Below the pieces are notes generated by a model, which ran no database searches, had not been told where the DNA came from, and worked only from the letters and a program-made list of their open reading frames with translations. Shown one piece after another: positions 11,378 to 20,712 of a stretch of 64,000 nucleotides of DNA; position 1 is the first letter of the stretch; every line of letters begins with the position of its first letter. Source of the stretch: Nitrospira japonica (lineage in GTDB: Bacteria; Nitrospirota; Thermodesulfovibrionia; UBA6902); the NCBI GenBank assembly GCA_020723105.1, contig DYJL01000017.1, positions 1,395-65,394 of the forward strand, in the 5' to 3' direction. The position numbers and the translations under genes were made by a program.

Positions 11378-12762
11378 AACGAGTAGTCATCGTCGGCGGT
11401 GGAATTTCAGGGCTTACAGTTGCATATTCACTCCTTAACAGTCACAAGTTGCAAGTTACAGATTCCAGGTTTGACATTACAGTTTTTGAGTCTGATAACA
11501 GGACCGGCGGAAAAATATGGACCGAAAAAACAGATGGTTTCCTTTGCGAGAAAGGAGCAAACGGCTTTCTTGACAATAAACCGCAAACCCTTAAATTATG
11601 TAACAGTCTGGGCATTGATCCACTACGCAGCAATGAAAATTCTAAAAAACGGTATATTTTTGTAAATGGGCAACTCAATGCCTTGCCGGAATCACCACCT
11701 GCATTTATAAAGTCAGACCTTCTTTCATGGAGGGGAAAACTCCGGATACTGTTTGAGTATAATGCACCAAAGGGACCTGAAGATGAGACTGTCGCTGATT
11801 TTATTATTCGGCGGCTTGGACGTGAAGCGCTTGATAAACTCATAGATCCGATGGCATCAGGAATTTATGCCGGAGATCCGTACAAAATGAGCATGAAAAG
11901 CTGTTTCTCAAAAATAAAAGACCTCGAACAGGAACACGGTGGCCTCATAAAGGCATTACTTAAAATACGCAAAGAAAAAAAACATCTGCAGAAAGCCCCC
12001 GGTGAGAAAGTATCCGTTGCTCCAGGCGGCACTCTGACATCATTTTTTAACGGAGCACAAACAATAACAGACACCCTTACAGCGCAACTTGGAAACAGCA
12101 TACATCTTGGAGTTTCAGTTCACGGGATTGAGAAAAACGGTGACATGTATCGGCTCTACACATCCAAAGATACTGTAGAAGCAGATATCGTAATTCTTGC
12201 ATCGCCAGCTTATGCCACTGCTAATATCCTGAAAGATTTTGACAGCGATATTTCAAAAACACTCTCTGACATCCCCTACCCTCACGTATCCGTTGTATGT
12301 TTCGGCTACAAAAAAGAAAAAGTCGGGCACCCATTAAATGGTTTTGGTTTTCTGGTCCCTTATATTGAAGGACGAAAAATTCTCGGCACTCTCTGGGATT
12401 CAAGCATATTCCCGAACAGGGCTGCTGAGGGATATACCCTGTTAAGAACCATGGTCGGCGGAGCCAAGGCACCGGAAATGGCAACACTCTCTGATGAAAA
12501 AATTATAACCCTGGTATTTGATGAACTGAAACCGATACTGGATCTTAAAAAAGATCCTGACATGGTAAGAATCTACAGGTGGGAGAAGGCCATACCCCAG
12601 TATGTTCTTGGACACAGCCGAAAGTTGCAACTGATTGAAGAAAGATTAAAAAATTATCCAGGATTATATCTGACAGGCAACGCTTACAAAGGAATCGGGA
12701 TGAATGATTGTATAGAGCATGGTTACAGGCTGGCAGATGAAATAATAAGCAATTTCAAGTAA
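11374..12762 (+). CDS. hemY: Proto/coproporphyrinogen oxidase, HemY type (FAD)
   Basis: IVGGGISGL FAD-binding motif, GIYAGDP, GFGFLVP, RWEKAIPQY, GIGMNDCI. Confidence 0.93.
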   Translation: MKRVVIVGGGISGLTVAYSLLNSHKLQVTDSRFDITVFESDNRTGGKIWTEKTDGFLCEKGANGFLDNKPQTLKLCNSLGIDPLRSNENSKKRYIFVNGQLNALPESPPAFIKSDLLSWRGKLRILFEYNAPKGPEDETVADFIIRRLGREALDKLIDPMASGIYAGDPYKMSMKSCFSKIKDLEQEHGGLIKALLKIRKEKKHLQKAPGEKVSVAPGGTLTSFFNGAQTITDTLTAQLGNSIHLGVSVHGIEKNGDMYRLYTSKDTVEADIVILASPAYATANILKDFDSDISKTLSDIPYPHVSVVCFGYKKEKVGHPLNGFGFLVPYIEGRKILGTLWDSSIFPNRAAEGYTLLRTMVGGAKAPEMATLSDEKIITLVFDELKPILDLKKDPDMVRIYRWEKAIPQYVLGHSRKLQLIEERLKNYPGLYLTGNAYKGIGMNDCIEHGYRLADEIISNFK

Positions 12763-12796
12763 GCGGGCATTGCAACAAACCCTCACAATCTTTTTC

Positions 12797-13831
12797 TCAC
12801 ACATCTTCCGTATAAATCTCAAACAGAGACAGGCATAATGCTGCAATCAGCGGCCCGAGGATAAAACCGAGAAAGCCAAGAAATTTGATCCCGCCGAGGA
12901 CGCTGAAGAATACAAGAAGTGTATGAAGCTTTGCCTTGCCTCCAATTATTAAAGGCTTCAAGACGCTGTCCACGCTGCTGATTATCAAAGCCCCAAAAAG
13001 CATAAGGCCTATTCCCTTTCCCAGACTGCCTGACAAGATTAAGATAAAAGCCGCCGGCCCCCACACAAGAAAAGTCCCAAAGAGAGGGACTAAAGAGGTA
13101 ATCGCCATTACAGTTCCCCAGAATACAGATGAAGGCAGTCCTAATATCCAGAAGGCCAGCCCGCCAAGCATCCCCTGAGCAAGCCCTACAGCAATCTGCC
13201 CGTATACTGCCGCTACTACTGTTTCCTTGACACGCTCTACCAATTTGTGCTTTTGTTCTTCGGAAAAGGGAAGAAGTTTTTTCAGATACTCGGTGAGTGT
13301 TTCGCCATCTTTTAAAAAATAATAAATGGTCAAACACATAATAATAAAATTTAATGCAAGCACAAATACGTTCGCAAAGATATCCGAAATGTGTTTTACA
13401 ATATATCCGCCGACTGACTTTAAAGTAGCTACAAGGCTTTCCTGAAGATTAAAGCCTTCCAGCATGTTGTAGGACGAAAGTTTCTGAAGCAGCTCCTGAA
13501 GCTGTGGATATGACTGTATATTTGCGATGGACTCAAGGCCCTTTTCTTCAATTGCGCTATATACCCCTGTAATTTCACCAGTGAGAGATCTGACAATAAA
13601 AGAAAACGGTCCAAACATTGTTATCATGATTGCAATCAATGTAAGAAGAGATGCAGCCCATGGGCGTTTAAGGAATTTCATAAACAAATTGTAAAGCGGA
13701 TAAAAAGTAATGCTCAGCACCATAGCCCAGGCGATTGTGATAAGGAAGGGATTTAATATTTTATAGAAAAGATAGAACAGTAATAGAACTATTGCTAAAT
13801 ATATTATTGTGGATAAGCGTTCAGTCTGCAT
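12797..13831 (-). CDS. AI-2E family transporter
   Basis: Multi-TM; YYFLKDG, LVPLFGTFLVWGP, DSVLKPLIIG, GFLGFILGP. Confidence 0.9.
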   Translation of the reverse strand: MQTERLSTIIYLAIVLLLFYLFYKILNPFLITIAWAMVLSITFYPLYNLFMKFLKRPWAASLLTLIAIMITMFGPFSFIVRSLTGEITGVYSAIEEKGLESIANIQSYPQLQELLQKLSSYNMLEGFNLQESLVATLKSVGGYIVKHISDIFANVFVLALNFIIMCLTIYYFLKDGETLTEYLKKLLPFSEEQKHKLVERVKETVVAAVYGQIAVGLAQGMLGGLAFWILGLPSSVFWGTVMAITSLVPLFGTFLVWGPAAFILILSGSLGKGIGLMLFGALIISSVDSVLKPLIIGGKAKLHTLLVFFSVLGGIKFLGFLGFILGPLIAALCLSLFEIYTEDV

Positions 13832-13892
13832 TGATTATAACCTCTCGATCCAGGTTTTCAATCAGCATTTTACATTTGTCAGTCTTCATTTA

Positions 13893-15482
13893 TCAACACT
13901 GCCTCAATATTCTACCTGGCAGCACTCCTGTGATTTCACCTTCGGAAACCACAGGGACCCCGTTAATGAATACATGATAAATGCCTTCCGGTTTTCTAAA
14001 CGGGTTGTTGAAGTCTGAGGTGTCGTTTACCTTCTCAGGATTAAAGATCGTGATGTCAGCAAAATATCCTTTTGCAATAACGCCTCGATGTTTAATCTTA
14101 AATATCCGGGCAGGTAAACCAGTCATTTTATATATTGCCTCGCTCAGTGTTAAAAGTTGTTCCTCTCTGACATATTTTCCCAATATTCTCGGAAAACTTC
14201 CAAAACCCCTCGGGTGAGGTTTGCCCTTTGCCGTGACTCCGTCAAAACTCCTTGCGCTGCTGTCTGAACCTATCATAGTGTATGGCTGTTTTAATATGGC
14301 TTCCAGATTCATTTCATTCATTGAGAAAAATATTGCTCCTACCTTTAGATTTTCTTCAATGAGAATATCGAACAAACAATCTACCGGCTGTTTATTTAGA
14401 AATCTGCTTATCTCAGAAAGAGGCTTGCCTTCCATCCATTTGTTTTTAGTCAGAAGCACTGATGAAATTGTTATCTTATTCCAGTAATCTTCTTCAGGAT
14501 GTTCAGTCAATATATTCTTTTTAATATCTTCCTGCACCTTTGAATTTCTTAACTTTCTCAACTCTTCTTCATGCCCGCCTTCAAAAACCCACGAAGGCAA
14601 AACCACATCAAGGTCTGTGCTTGCGGCAATATATGGATATCTGTCGCACGACAGTGAAATACCGACTTTATCTGCCATATCAAACCGCTGAAAGACTTCT
14701 TGAATCTTCCACCAATTGTTTGCACCGCTTGTTTTTAAATGCGATATATGGGTTCGGACTCCAGACGCACGGGCTATCGTTATTGCCTCATCAACTGCCT
14801 CAAGAAGCCTGTCCCCCTCACTCCTCATATGCGTCGTATACATCCCGTTATTTCTTGCAGCCTCACGTGCCAGATATACCAACTCCGGAACTTCGGAATA
14901 AACTCCAGGCGGGTATATAAGTCCTGTGGATAAACCTCTTGCACCTGCATTCATTGCGTCTCTCAGAAACGATATCATTTCTTTTAAGTGGGTCCCCGAG
15001 GGCGATCTGTCATCATATCCAACTACAGACGCCCTTATGTTCCCGTGACCTGCGAGGGTAATAAAATTAGCGGCAAATTTTCTTTCTTCCAGAAGGTCGA
15101 AATATTCTGAAAAGGTATGCCACCTGTCTTTGATATCCAGATTCTTCAAATCCTGCTCTCTTTGTTCAAAAGCAGCCCCAAATAGAGGCGCTGCTGATAA
15201 CCCGCAGTTGCCGTTTATTTCTGTTGTTATTCCCTGACAGATTTTACCCTCGGCCCTGCCGTCAGCAAGCAGAGTAAATTCAGAATGCGAATGAGCATCA
15301 ATAAAACCCGGACAGATACAACAGCCTCTGGCATCAATTACCTTTTCAGCCTTAACATGAGAAAGGTCGCCGATTTCTGTTATCGTATCTCCCTCGATAG
15401 CAATATCAGCTCTGAACAGTTCACTGTCTTTATTTGAACCGTCAATAATAAACCCATCTTTAATTAGATAGCTAATACTCAT
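13893..15482 (-). CDS. N-acyl-D-amino-acid deacylase (amidohydrolase)
   Basis: PGFIDAHSHSE, GNCGLSAAP, LSTGLIYPPG, THMRSEG, HPRGFGSFPR. Confidence 0.9.
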   Translation of the reverse strand: MSISYLIKDGFIIDGSNKDSELFRADIAIEGDTITEIGDLSHVKAEKVIDARGCCICPGFIDAHSHSEFTLLADGRAEGKICQGITTEINGNCGLSAAPLFGAAFEQREQDLKNLDIKDRWHTFSEYFDLLEERKFAANFITLAGHGNIRASVVGYDDRSPSGTHLKEMISFLRDAMNAGARGLSTGLIYPPGVYSEVPELVYLAREAARNNGMYTTHMRSEGDRLLEAVDEAITIARASGVRTHISHLKTSGANNWWKIQEVFQRFDMADKVGISLSCDRYPYIAASTDLDVVLPSWVFEGGHEEELRKLRNSKVQEDIKKNILTEHPEEDYWNKITISSVLLTKNKWMEGKPLSEISRFLNKQPVDCLFDILIEENLKVGAIFFSMNEMNLEAILKQPYTMIGSDSSARSFDGVTAKGKPHPRGFGSFPRILGKYVREEQLLTLSEAIYKMTGLPARIFKIKHRGVIAKGYFADITIFNPEKVNDTSDFNNPFRKPEGIYHVFINGVPVVSEGEITGVLPGRILRQC

Positions 15483-15484
15483 GA

Positions 15485-16663
15485 TTATGGAAGGGGACTA
15501 TCGGACACCAGATTAAAGCCTTCACCATTCTTCTTCATAACAACTGTGGTCCGTGTCATATAGGAATTGACCCCTGTGGCAATGGCCTCTGCAATTCTGT
15601 CTTTATAAAGCTCTTCGGTAAGTCTCTTTTCTTCTTCATCATTGCTTATAAAAGATATCTCAACAAGAATTGACGGTATCTCAGCTCCTACCAGCACATA
15701 AAAAAAAGCATATTTAACACCCAGGTCCTGAATCTTGCTGTAGTTTTCTTTCAGCGTGTTAACCATTGCATTTTGTATACTCGCTGCAAGCCTCATTGAT
15801 TCTTCATTTTTATTTTTCCTGGCAAGATCATAAAGAATCGTCTGCAATTCGCTTCTCATCTTTTCCATTTTTTTAAATGATATTTTGTTCTCCCTCGCTG
15901 CAACCCTCATGGCTTCTGCATCATTGGTCCAGTTCAGAAAATACGTCTCTATGCCTCTTGCCTCTTTTCGGGGGCTTGCATTGGCATGAATAGATATAAA
16001 GAGATCAGCTTTTTTTGAATTTGCTATCTCTGTCCTTTCATTAAGGGGAATAAAAATGTCTTTATCTCTCGTAAATATTACCTCAGCTCCATACCTGGCT
16101 GTAAGAATCGCACCAAGTTTCCTGCCGACAGAGAGTACGATATCCTTCTCCTGCACTCCGCTCGGACCTATCGCTCCCGGGTCGTCACCCCCATGCCCCG
16201 GATCTATTACAATTCTCTTTATTTCATCAAGTCCGGCTACCACCTCTTCCTGCTCCTTTGGTGATGTTCCTGCATACTCTTTGTCATATATATCAATGAC
16301 CAACCTGTATGGATTCTCAAGCATGAATGTATAGAAATTTTCACCTTTCTGAAGTTCAAACACTACCCGTACAGTACTCCTGTCAAACTGGGCTATGCGT
16401 ACGGTTTTCAGAAGGCCATCATCTATTATCACCGGAGAAGCTATTTTCTTCTGAAGCGAGCAATCCTTAAGATCAAAATATAATCTGTCTGGCTTGGGAA
16501 GGCGGTTCTTTGTGAATTCAATTGCATTGTCGATTTCAACAACAACCCTTGTGTGATTTTTATACGATTCTACACGAAGTCCGTTAACTGAGGTAAGCTT
16601 TGAGGCTTTGCTATGACTTGCAAAAAAACATAATATCAAAAGGACTATTAAAGCCTTTTTCAT
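15485..16663 (-). CDS. N-acetylmuramoyl-L-alanine amidase with AMIN domain (AmiC-like)
   Basis: Signal peptide; AMIN (VRIAQFD..VRVV..PYRLVIDI); Amidase_3 IDPGHGGDDPG, ISIHANA, LVEISFISN. Confidence 0.92.
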   Translation of the reverse strand: MKKALIVLLILCFFASHSKASKLTSVNGLRVESYKNHTRVVVEIDNAIEFTKNRLPKPDRLYFDLKDCSLQKKIASPVIIDDGLLKTVRIAQFDRSTVRVVFELQKGENFYTFMLENPYRLVIDIYDKEYAGTSPKEQEEVVAGLDEIKRIVIDPGHGGDDPGAIGPSGVQEKDIVLSVGRKLGAILTARYGAEVIFTRDKDIFIPLNERTEIANSKKADLFISIHANASPRKEARGIETYFLNWTNDAEAMRVAARENKISFKKMEKMRSELQTILYDLARKNKNEESMRLAASIQNAMVNTLKENYSKIQDLGVKYAFFYVLVGAEIPSILVEISFISNDEEEKRLTEELYKDRIAEAIATGVNSYMTRTTVVMKKNGEGFNLVSDSPLP

Positions 16664-16716
16664 ATAATATTTTTAAAGCAAAGCCTTTTAAATGTCAATA
16701 GTTATAAGACGTTAGA

Positions 16717-18180
16717 TCAGATATTATATTTTCTTCTGAGGCTGTAAACAGACGGCCTGCTGATTCCAAGAATTCTGGCAACTTTTGAAATATTGTTATT
16801 GCAATACTTCATAGCTTCTATAAGCTTTTGCTTTTCAATATTGTATCTGACTTCTTTAAGAGACGAAACCTCTTCCATTTTCAGGGCCATCACTTCCAGA
16901 TCCAAATCATCTGGTGTGATAGTATATTCTCTGGACATAACCACAGCTCTTTTAACCTTATTTATTATTTCTCTCACATTGCCAGGCCAATCATAACATT
17001 TAATGGCATCTATCGCTTCTGATGAAAATGTTTTCCTTAAATCCATTTCCCTGGAGAATTTATTCAGAAAATATCTTGCAAGAATCAGTTTGTCCTCTCC
17101 CCTGTCCCTGACTGGCGGGAGAGTTATATTAAAAACATCCAATCTGTAAAAAAGGTCTTTTCTGAACATGCCTTTTTCAATAGCAGTCTTGAGATCGTTA
17201 TTGGTCGCTGCTATAAGCCTGACATCTATCTTCTTTCCCCCGTTAGAACCTATTTTTTCGACGATCTTATCTTCAAGAAACCTCAGGATTTTTGCCTGCA
17301 GACTTGGGGACAGCTCGCCGATCTCATCAAGAAAAATTGTGCCGCCATCAGCATATTCAAACTTCCCTATTTTCTGTTTATGTGCCCCAGTAAACGAACC
17401 CTTCTCATGGCCGAAAAGCTCCGCTTCAAGAAGGCTGTCCGGAATAGCTGCACAGTTGATCGGTATAAATGGTTTATGCCTTCTGGAACTTCTTTCATGA
17501 ATGGCCATAGCTGTCAACTCTTTACCTGTCCCGCTTTCACCTGTAATCAGAACTGGAATATCTAAAGGAGCAACCTTTCTAATCAACGAAAAGACGTTTA
17601 ACATCCTGTGGCTGGAGCCTACGAATTCCTCATTAATGTCAAAACTCTTGCCTATCTTTAAAACTTCCACATCAACAAAATTAAGAATTTTATATATATC
17701 TTCAATCGTAAAAAATTTACTTTTTACAGCAAGTCTGTTAATGAAGGATTCCTTCTCATGTTCAATGATATAATCCTGAGAGTAGAAATTGAGACTCCAG
17801 CCACAGCCATTGCACCTTCTTAGTTTCTGGGCATTCTTGTGCCCACAATAAGGACATGAGATATCATCTTTTATATTTTCTCGTATGTAATCCCAGAGTT
17901 TGAACTTTGCATCTCTATTTAAATTATAAAACCTCGCTGCAACTCCCTTTTCTTCAGAACGAAGCACTTCTCCTAATATCTCAAATTCTCCATAAGTTGG
18001 CAATTCATATTTCAGGCCTATAATTTTGTTTTCTTCATGGGGGGGGAGCCCTTCAATGAATCCGCCGCCAAGGCTCAAAGACGTAAATTTCGCTTCTGCA
18101 TGTCCCTTTGTTTTATTAGGATCATCAAATAATATATTGACTGGCAAATCAACCTTACATCTGACATCTAATCTCGCCAT
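16717..18180 (-). CDS. Sigma54-dependent activator with N-terminal PilZ-like and zinc-ribbon domains
   Basis: RLDVR plus SLSLGG; CPYC..CNGC; AAA+ GESGTGKE, GSFTGA, FLDEIGEL, WPGNVRE; C-terminal Fis-type HTH. Confidence 0.88.
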   Translation of the reverse strand: MARLDVRCKVDLPVNILFDDPNKTKGHAEAKFTSLSLGGGFIEGLPPHEENKIIGLKYELPTYGEFEILGEVLRSEEKGVAARFYNLNRDAKFKLWDYIRENIKDDISCPYCGHKNAQKLRRCNGCGWSLNFYSQDYIIEHEKESFINRLAVKSKFFTIEDIYKILNFVDVEVLKIGKSFDINEEFVGSSHRMLNVFSLIRKVAPLDIPVLITGESGTGKELTAMAIHERSSRRHKPFIPINCAAIPDSLLEAELFGHEKGSFTGAHKQKIGKFEYADGGTIFLDEIGELSPSLQAKILRFLEDKIVEKIGSNGGKKIDVRLIAATNNDLKTAIEKGMFRKDLFYRLDVFNITLPPVRDRGEDKLILARYFLNKFSREMDLRKTFSSEAIDAIKCYDWPGNVREIINKVKRAVVMSREYTITPDDLDLEVMALKMEEVSSLKEVRYNIEKQKLIEAMKYCNNNISKVARILGISRPSVYSLRRKYNI

Positions 18181-18526
18181 AGCTTACCCCTCTTTAGAAA
18201 AACATTTAACTGATTGTTTTAATTAAGAAATATTTTTCATAAAATAACATAAAAAAAAATACTTGTCAATTAATTTTACAGAATATTTAATCGTTCAGCC
18301 TTGCAATGATTTTCGAAAGAATTTTAAATAACTTAATTGATTCCGGTGGGATATAAAAATTATGAAGAATGGGCAAAGATTTGATGTCTTAGCTACTTAA
18401 TGTGAACCATGGATAAGTATAGGCAGACATTTAACGCAAACATATAATGCCTCGCTCTTATATTGGCACGAAAGTAATACAACATCTTCACTTGAAATGC
18501 CACAATTCAAGCATTTGAATTCCATA

Positions 18527-18739
18527 TCAATTCTCCATCAGTTTTTTGATTTCATTCACAATCTTTTCTGGATCCATGTTGTGCATTGCAGCACCAAAAG
18601 CAATAGTCTCCATATTGATTCCAGGACATGTAAAACAACCCCCGCCAAAATATTTCTCTATCACCTGTCTTGCTCCCGGCACTGTTTTAATAACATCTCC
18701 TATAATAGAATTTTTTGTTACTTCGATCTGTGTTGTCAT
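18527..18739 (-). CDS. DUF1858-like small protein
   Basis: 70 aa with IGDVI..PGARQVIEKYFGGGCFTCPG..ETI..A.MH.MD pattern; GGAGG RBS. Confidence 0.75.
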   Translation of the reverse strand: MTTQIEVTKNSIIGDVIKTVPGARQVIEKYFGGGCFTCPGINMETIAFGAAMHNMDPEKIVNEIKKLMEN

Positions 18740-18801
18740 TTTATACCTCCATAATAGATGTTCTTTATTTTTTAATTTAAATCACAAAACAAATATGTTC
18801 T

Positions 18802-18822
18802 ATGATTTGAATCATAAGGTTA
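18802..18822 (-). promoter_or_regulatory. Crp/Fnr-family-like operator ATGAT-N4-ATCAT upstream of the DUF1858 gene
   Basis: atgatttgaatcataaggtta matches the site at 19613 at 19 of 21 positions; centred about -41.5 relative to a TAAATT -10. Confidence 0.6.
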
Positions 18823-19222
18823 CTGCCTTGATTGTCTTCAGTAAATTAAATGCAAATAAAAGCACTGACACAAAAGAAAGTAATGCTGATACAATCAGCA
18901 ATGATTCAGTAAAATTAGATGCATTTCCCATGGCGCGCAAAGGCCAGCCAGCAGCTAATCCAACAAGCCCCGCATTTGCAAACCAAAACTGTATGTGCAT
19001 AATTTTAGGACTGTATATATGCCTCCCGCTAAATTTAGGAAGTATATGATAGCCGACTCCGTAAATCATCATTGACATAAAACCAAGCAGATTAAGATGC
19101 GCATGCGCTGTTACATAGTAACCTGATTCATTCGGACTTAATATCATAATAAAACCAATAACAGCACCTGCTGCGAAATAAATTATACTCATCCTGAGAT
19201 ACCAGACAATTATTTTTTCCAT
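18812..19222 (-). CDS. Small 4-TM membrane protein with heme-copper oxidase subunit I-like HAHLNLLG motif
   Basis: TAHAHLNLLGFMSMMIYGVGYHILPKFSG; four hydrophobic helices. Confidence 0.65.
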   Translation of the reverse strand: MEKIIVWYLRMSIIYFAAGAVIGFIMILSPNESGYYVTAHAHLNLLGFMSMMIYGVGYHILPKFSGRHIYSPKIMHIQFWFANAGLVGLAAGWPLRAMGNASNFTESLLIVSALLSFVSVLLFAFNLLKTIKAVTL

Positions 19223-19248
19223 GTTGCCAACCTCGTTACTTTCTTCCT

Positions 19249-19318
19249 TGTCATCTCTGAGTGAAGCGAGGAATCTCGTCTTAAGATTGCCGCTCTACTC
19301 CGTATCTTGCAATGACAA
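19249..19318. repeat. GTCAT-type palindromic REP-like element
   Basis: tgtcatctctgagtgaagcgaggaatctc...gattgcc...gcaatgaca; same family as 20625 and 45573. Confidence 0.55.
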
Positions 19319-19323
19319 TAATA

Positions 19324-19551
19324 TTATCCGACCTGTACAACTGATTTAATTTCAGGCACTTCTTTTCTGATTGTTTCTTCTATGGCATTCTTAAGTGTCA
19401 ACGTTGACATGGGACATCCTGAACATGCACCAGTAAGCCTTACTTTTACCACTCCATCAGGCTGAACCTCGACAAGTTCCACATCCCCGCCGTCTCTCTG
19501 AAGCAATGGTTTAACTTTGACTAAGACCGCCTCAACTTTTTCTTTTAACAT
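19324..19551 (-). CDS. NifU-C/Nfu-type Fe-S cluster carrier
   Basis: PLLQRDGGDVELV..VRLTGACSGCPMSTLTLK. Confidence 0.93.
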   Translation of the reverse strand: MLKEKVEAVLVKVKPLLQRDGGDVELVEVQPDGVVKVRLTGACSGCPMSTLTLKNAIEETIRKEVPEIKSVVQVG

Positions 19552-19612
19552 ATTCTCCTCCTTTTGAGAAACTTAATTTTATTTTATTATAACTTTTATA
19601 AAAATATATTCC

Positions 19613-19633
19613 ATGATTTCTATCATAAGGTTA
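19613..19633 (-). promoter_or_regulatory. Crp/Fnr-family-like operator ATGAT-N4-ATCAT upstream of the nfu gene
   Basis: atgatttctatcataaggtta; a minus-strand TATAAT at 19586-19591 gives class II spacing. Confidence 0.6.
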
Positions 19634-19708
19634 TATACATTTAGTTTGACAAACCATTGCCCTTCCCTTTAAGATTTAGTCCACATAATTCATAAGATGG
19701 AGCACGTA

Positions 19709-20581
19709 ATGTACTTACAAGACTTAATATTAACACTGCATGATTTCTGGTCAAAAAAAGGCTGCGTCATTCATCAGCCTTATGATATTGAAGTAGGCGC
19801 CGGCACATTCAATCCTGCTACTTTCTTCAGGGTACTGGGGCCAGAACCCTGGAAGACTGCATACGTTGAGCCTTCAAGAAGACCAACCGATGGAAGATAT
19901 GGTGAAAATCCAAACAGGCTCCAGCATTATTATCAGTATCAGGTGATATTAAAGCCGTCTCCGCCCGATACCCAGGAGCTTTATTTAAAGAGTCTTTCCG
20001 CAATAAACATTGAACTCCTTAAACACGATATTCGCTTTGTAGAAGACGACTGGGAATCGCCCACACTGGGAGCCTGGGGGCTTGGATGGGAAATCTGGCT
20101 TGACGGCATGGAAATAACGCAGTTTACCTATTTTCAGCAAGTCGGAGGCATTGAGTTAAAGCCTGTGTCCGTAGAACTCACCTATGGGCTTGAACGCATT
20201 GCAATGTATCTTCAGGAAGCAGATAACGTGTTCGACCTCAAATGGAATAAAGATATCACATATGGAGACATTCATCATGAAACAGAGGTCGAGTTTTCAA
20301 AATACAATTTTGATGAAGCAGACACAAACCTGCATTTCGTACTTTTTGAAAGATATGAAAAAGAATCTGTCAGCCTTCTGAAAAAAGGTCTTGTACTTCC
20401 GGCTTATGACTTCTGTCTGAAATGTTCCCACGCCTTCAACATGCTTGATGCACGGGGAGCGCTAAGCGTAACAGAGAGGACCGGATACATAGCAAAAGTA
20501 AGGCATCTTGCAAGAAGGTGTGCAGAGGGATATCTGAAACTGCGTGAGGAGATGGGGTTCCCGCTGTTAAAGAAAAATTAG
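19709..20581 (+). CDS. glyQ: Glycine--tRNA ligase alpha subunit
   Basis: [46 protein letters not shown]. Confidence 0.98.
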   Translation: MYLQDLILTLHDFWSKKGCVIHQPYDIEVGAGTFNPATFFRVLGPEPWKTAYVEPSRRPTDGRYGENPNRLQHYYQYQVILKPSPPDTQELYLKSLSAINIELLKHDIRFVEDDWESPTLGAWGLGWEIWLDGMEITQFTYFQQVGGIELKPVSVELTYGLERIAMYLQEADNVFDLKWNKDITYGDIHHETEVEFSKYNFDEADTNLHFVLFERYEKESVSLLKKGLVLPAYDFCLKCSHAFNMLDARGALSVTERTGYIAKVRHLARRCAEGYLKLREEMGFPLLKKN

Positions 20582-20624
20582 GAGTTAATAGCTACTATGG
20601 GATAATTAAGTGTGAGAACTTAAT

Positions 20625-20688
20625 TTGTCACTCCGGCTTGTCCGGAGTCTTTGATTTAAAAAAGATTCCCGACAAGCGGGAATGACAA
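20625..20688. repeat. GTCAT/GTCAC-type palindromic REP-like element
   Basis: ttgtcactccggcttgtccggagtc...gattcccgacaagcgggaatgacaa, imperfect inverted repeat between glyQ and glyS. Confidence 0.6.
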
Positions 20689-20712
20689 CACTACTAACCA
20701 TATTTTTTAATT

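Noticed and set aside
18463-18480. TTGGCACG as a sigma54 -24 element
   Set aside because: There is no TTGC at -12 and no plus-strand gene downstream.
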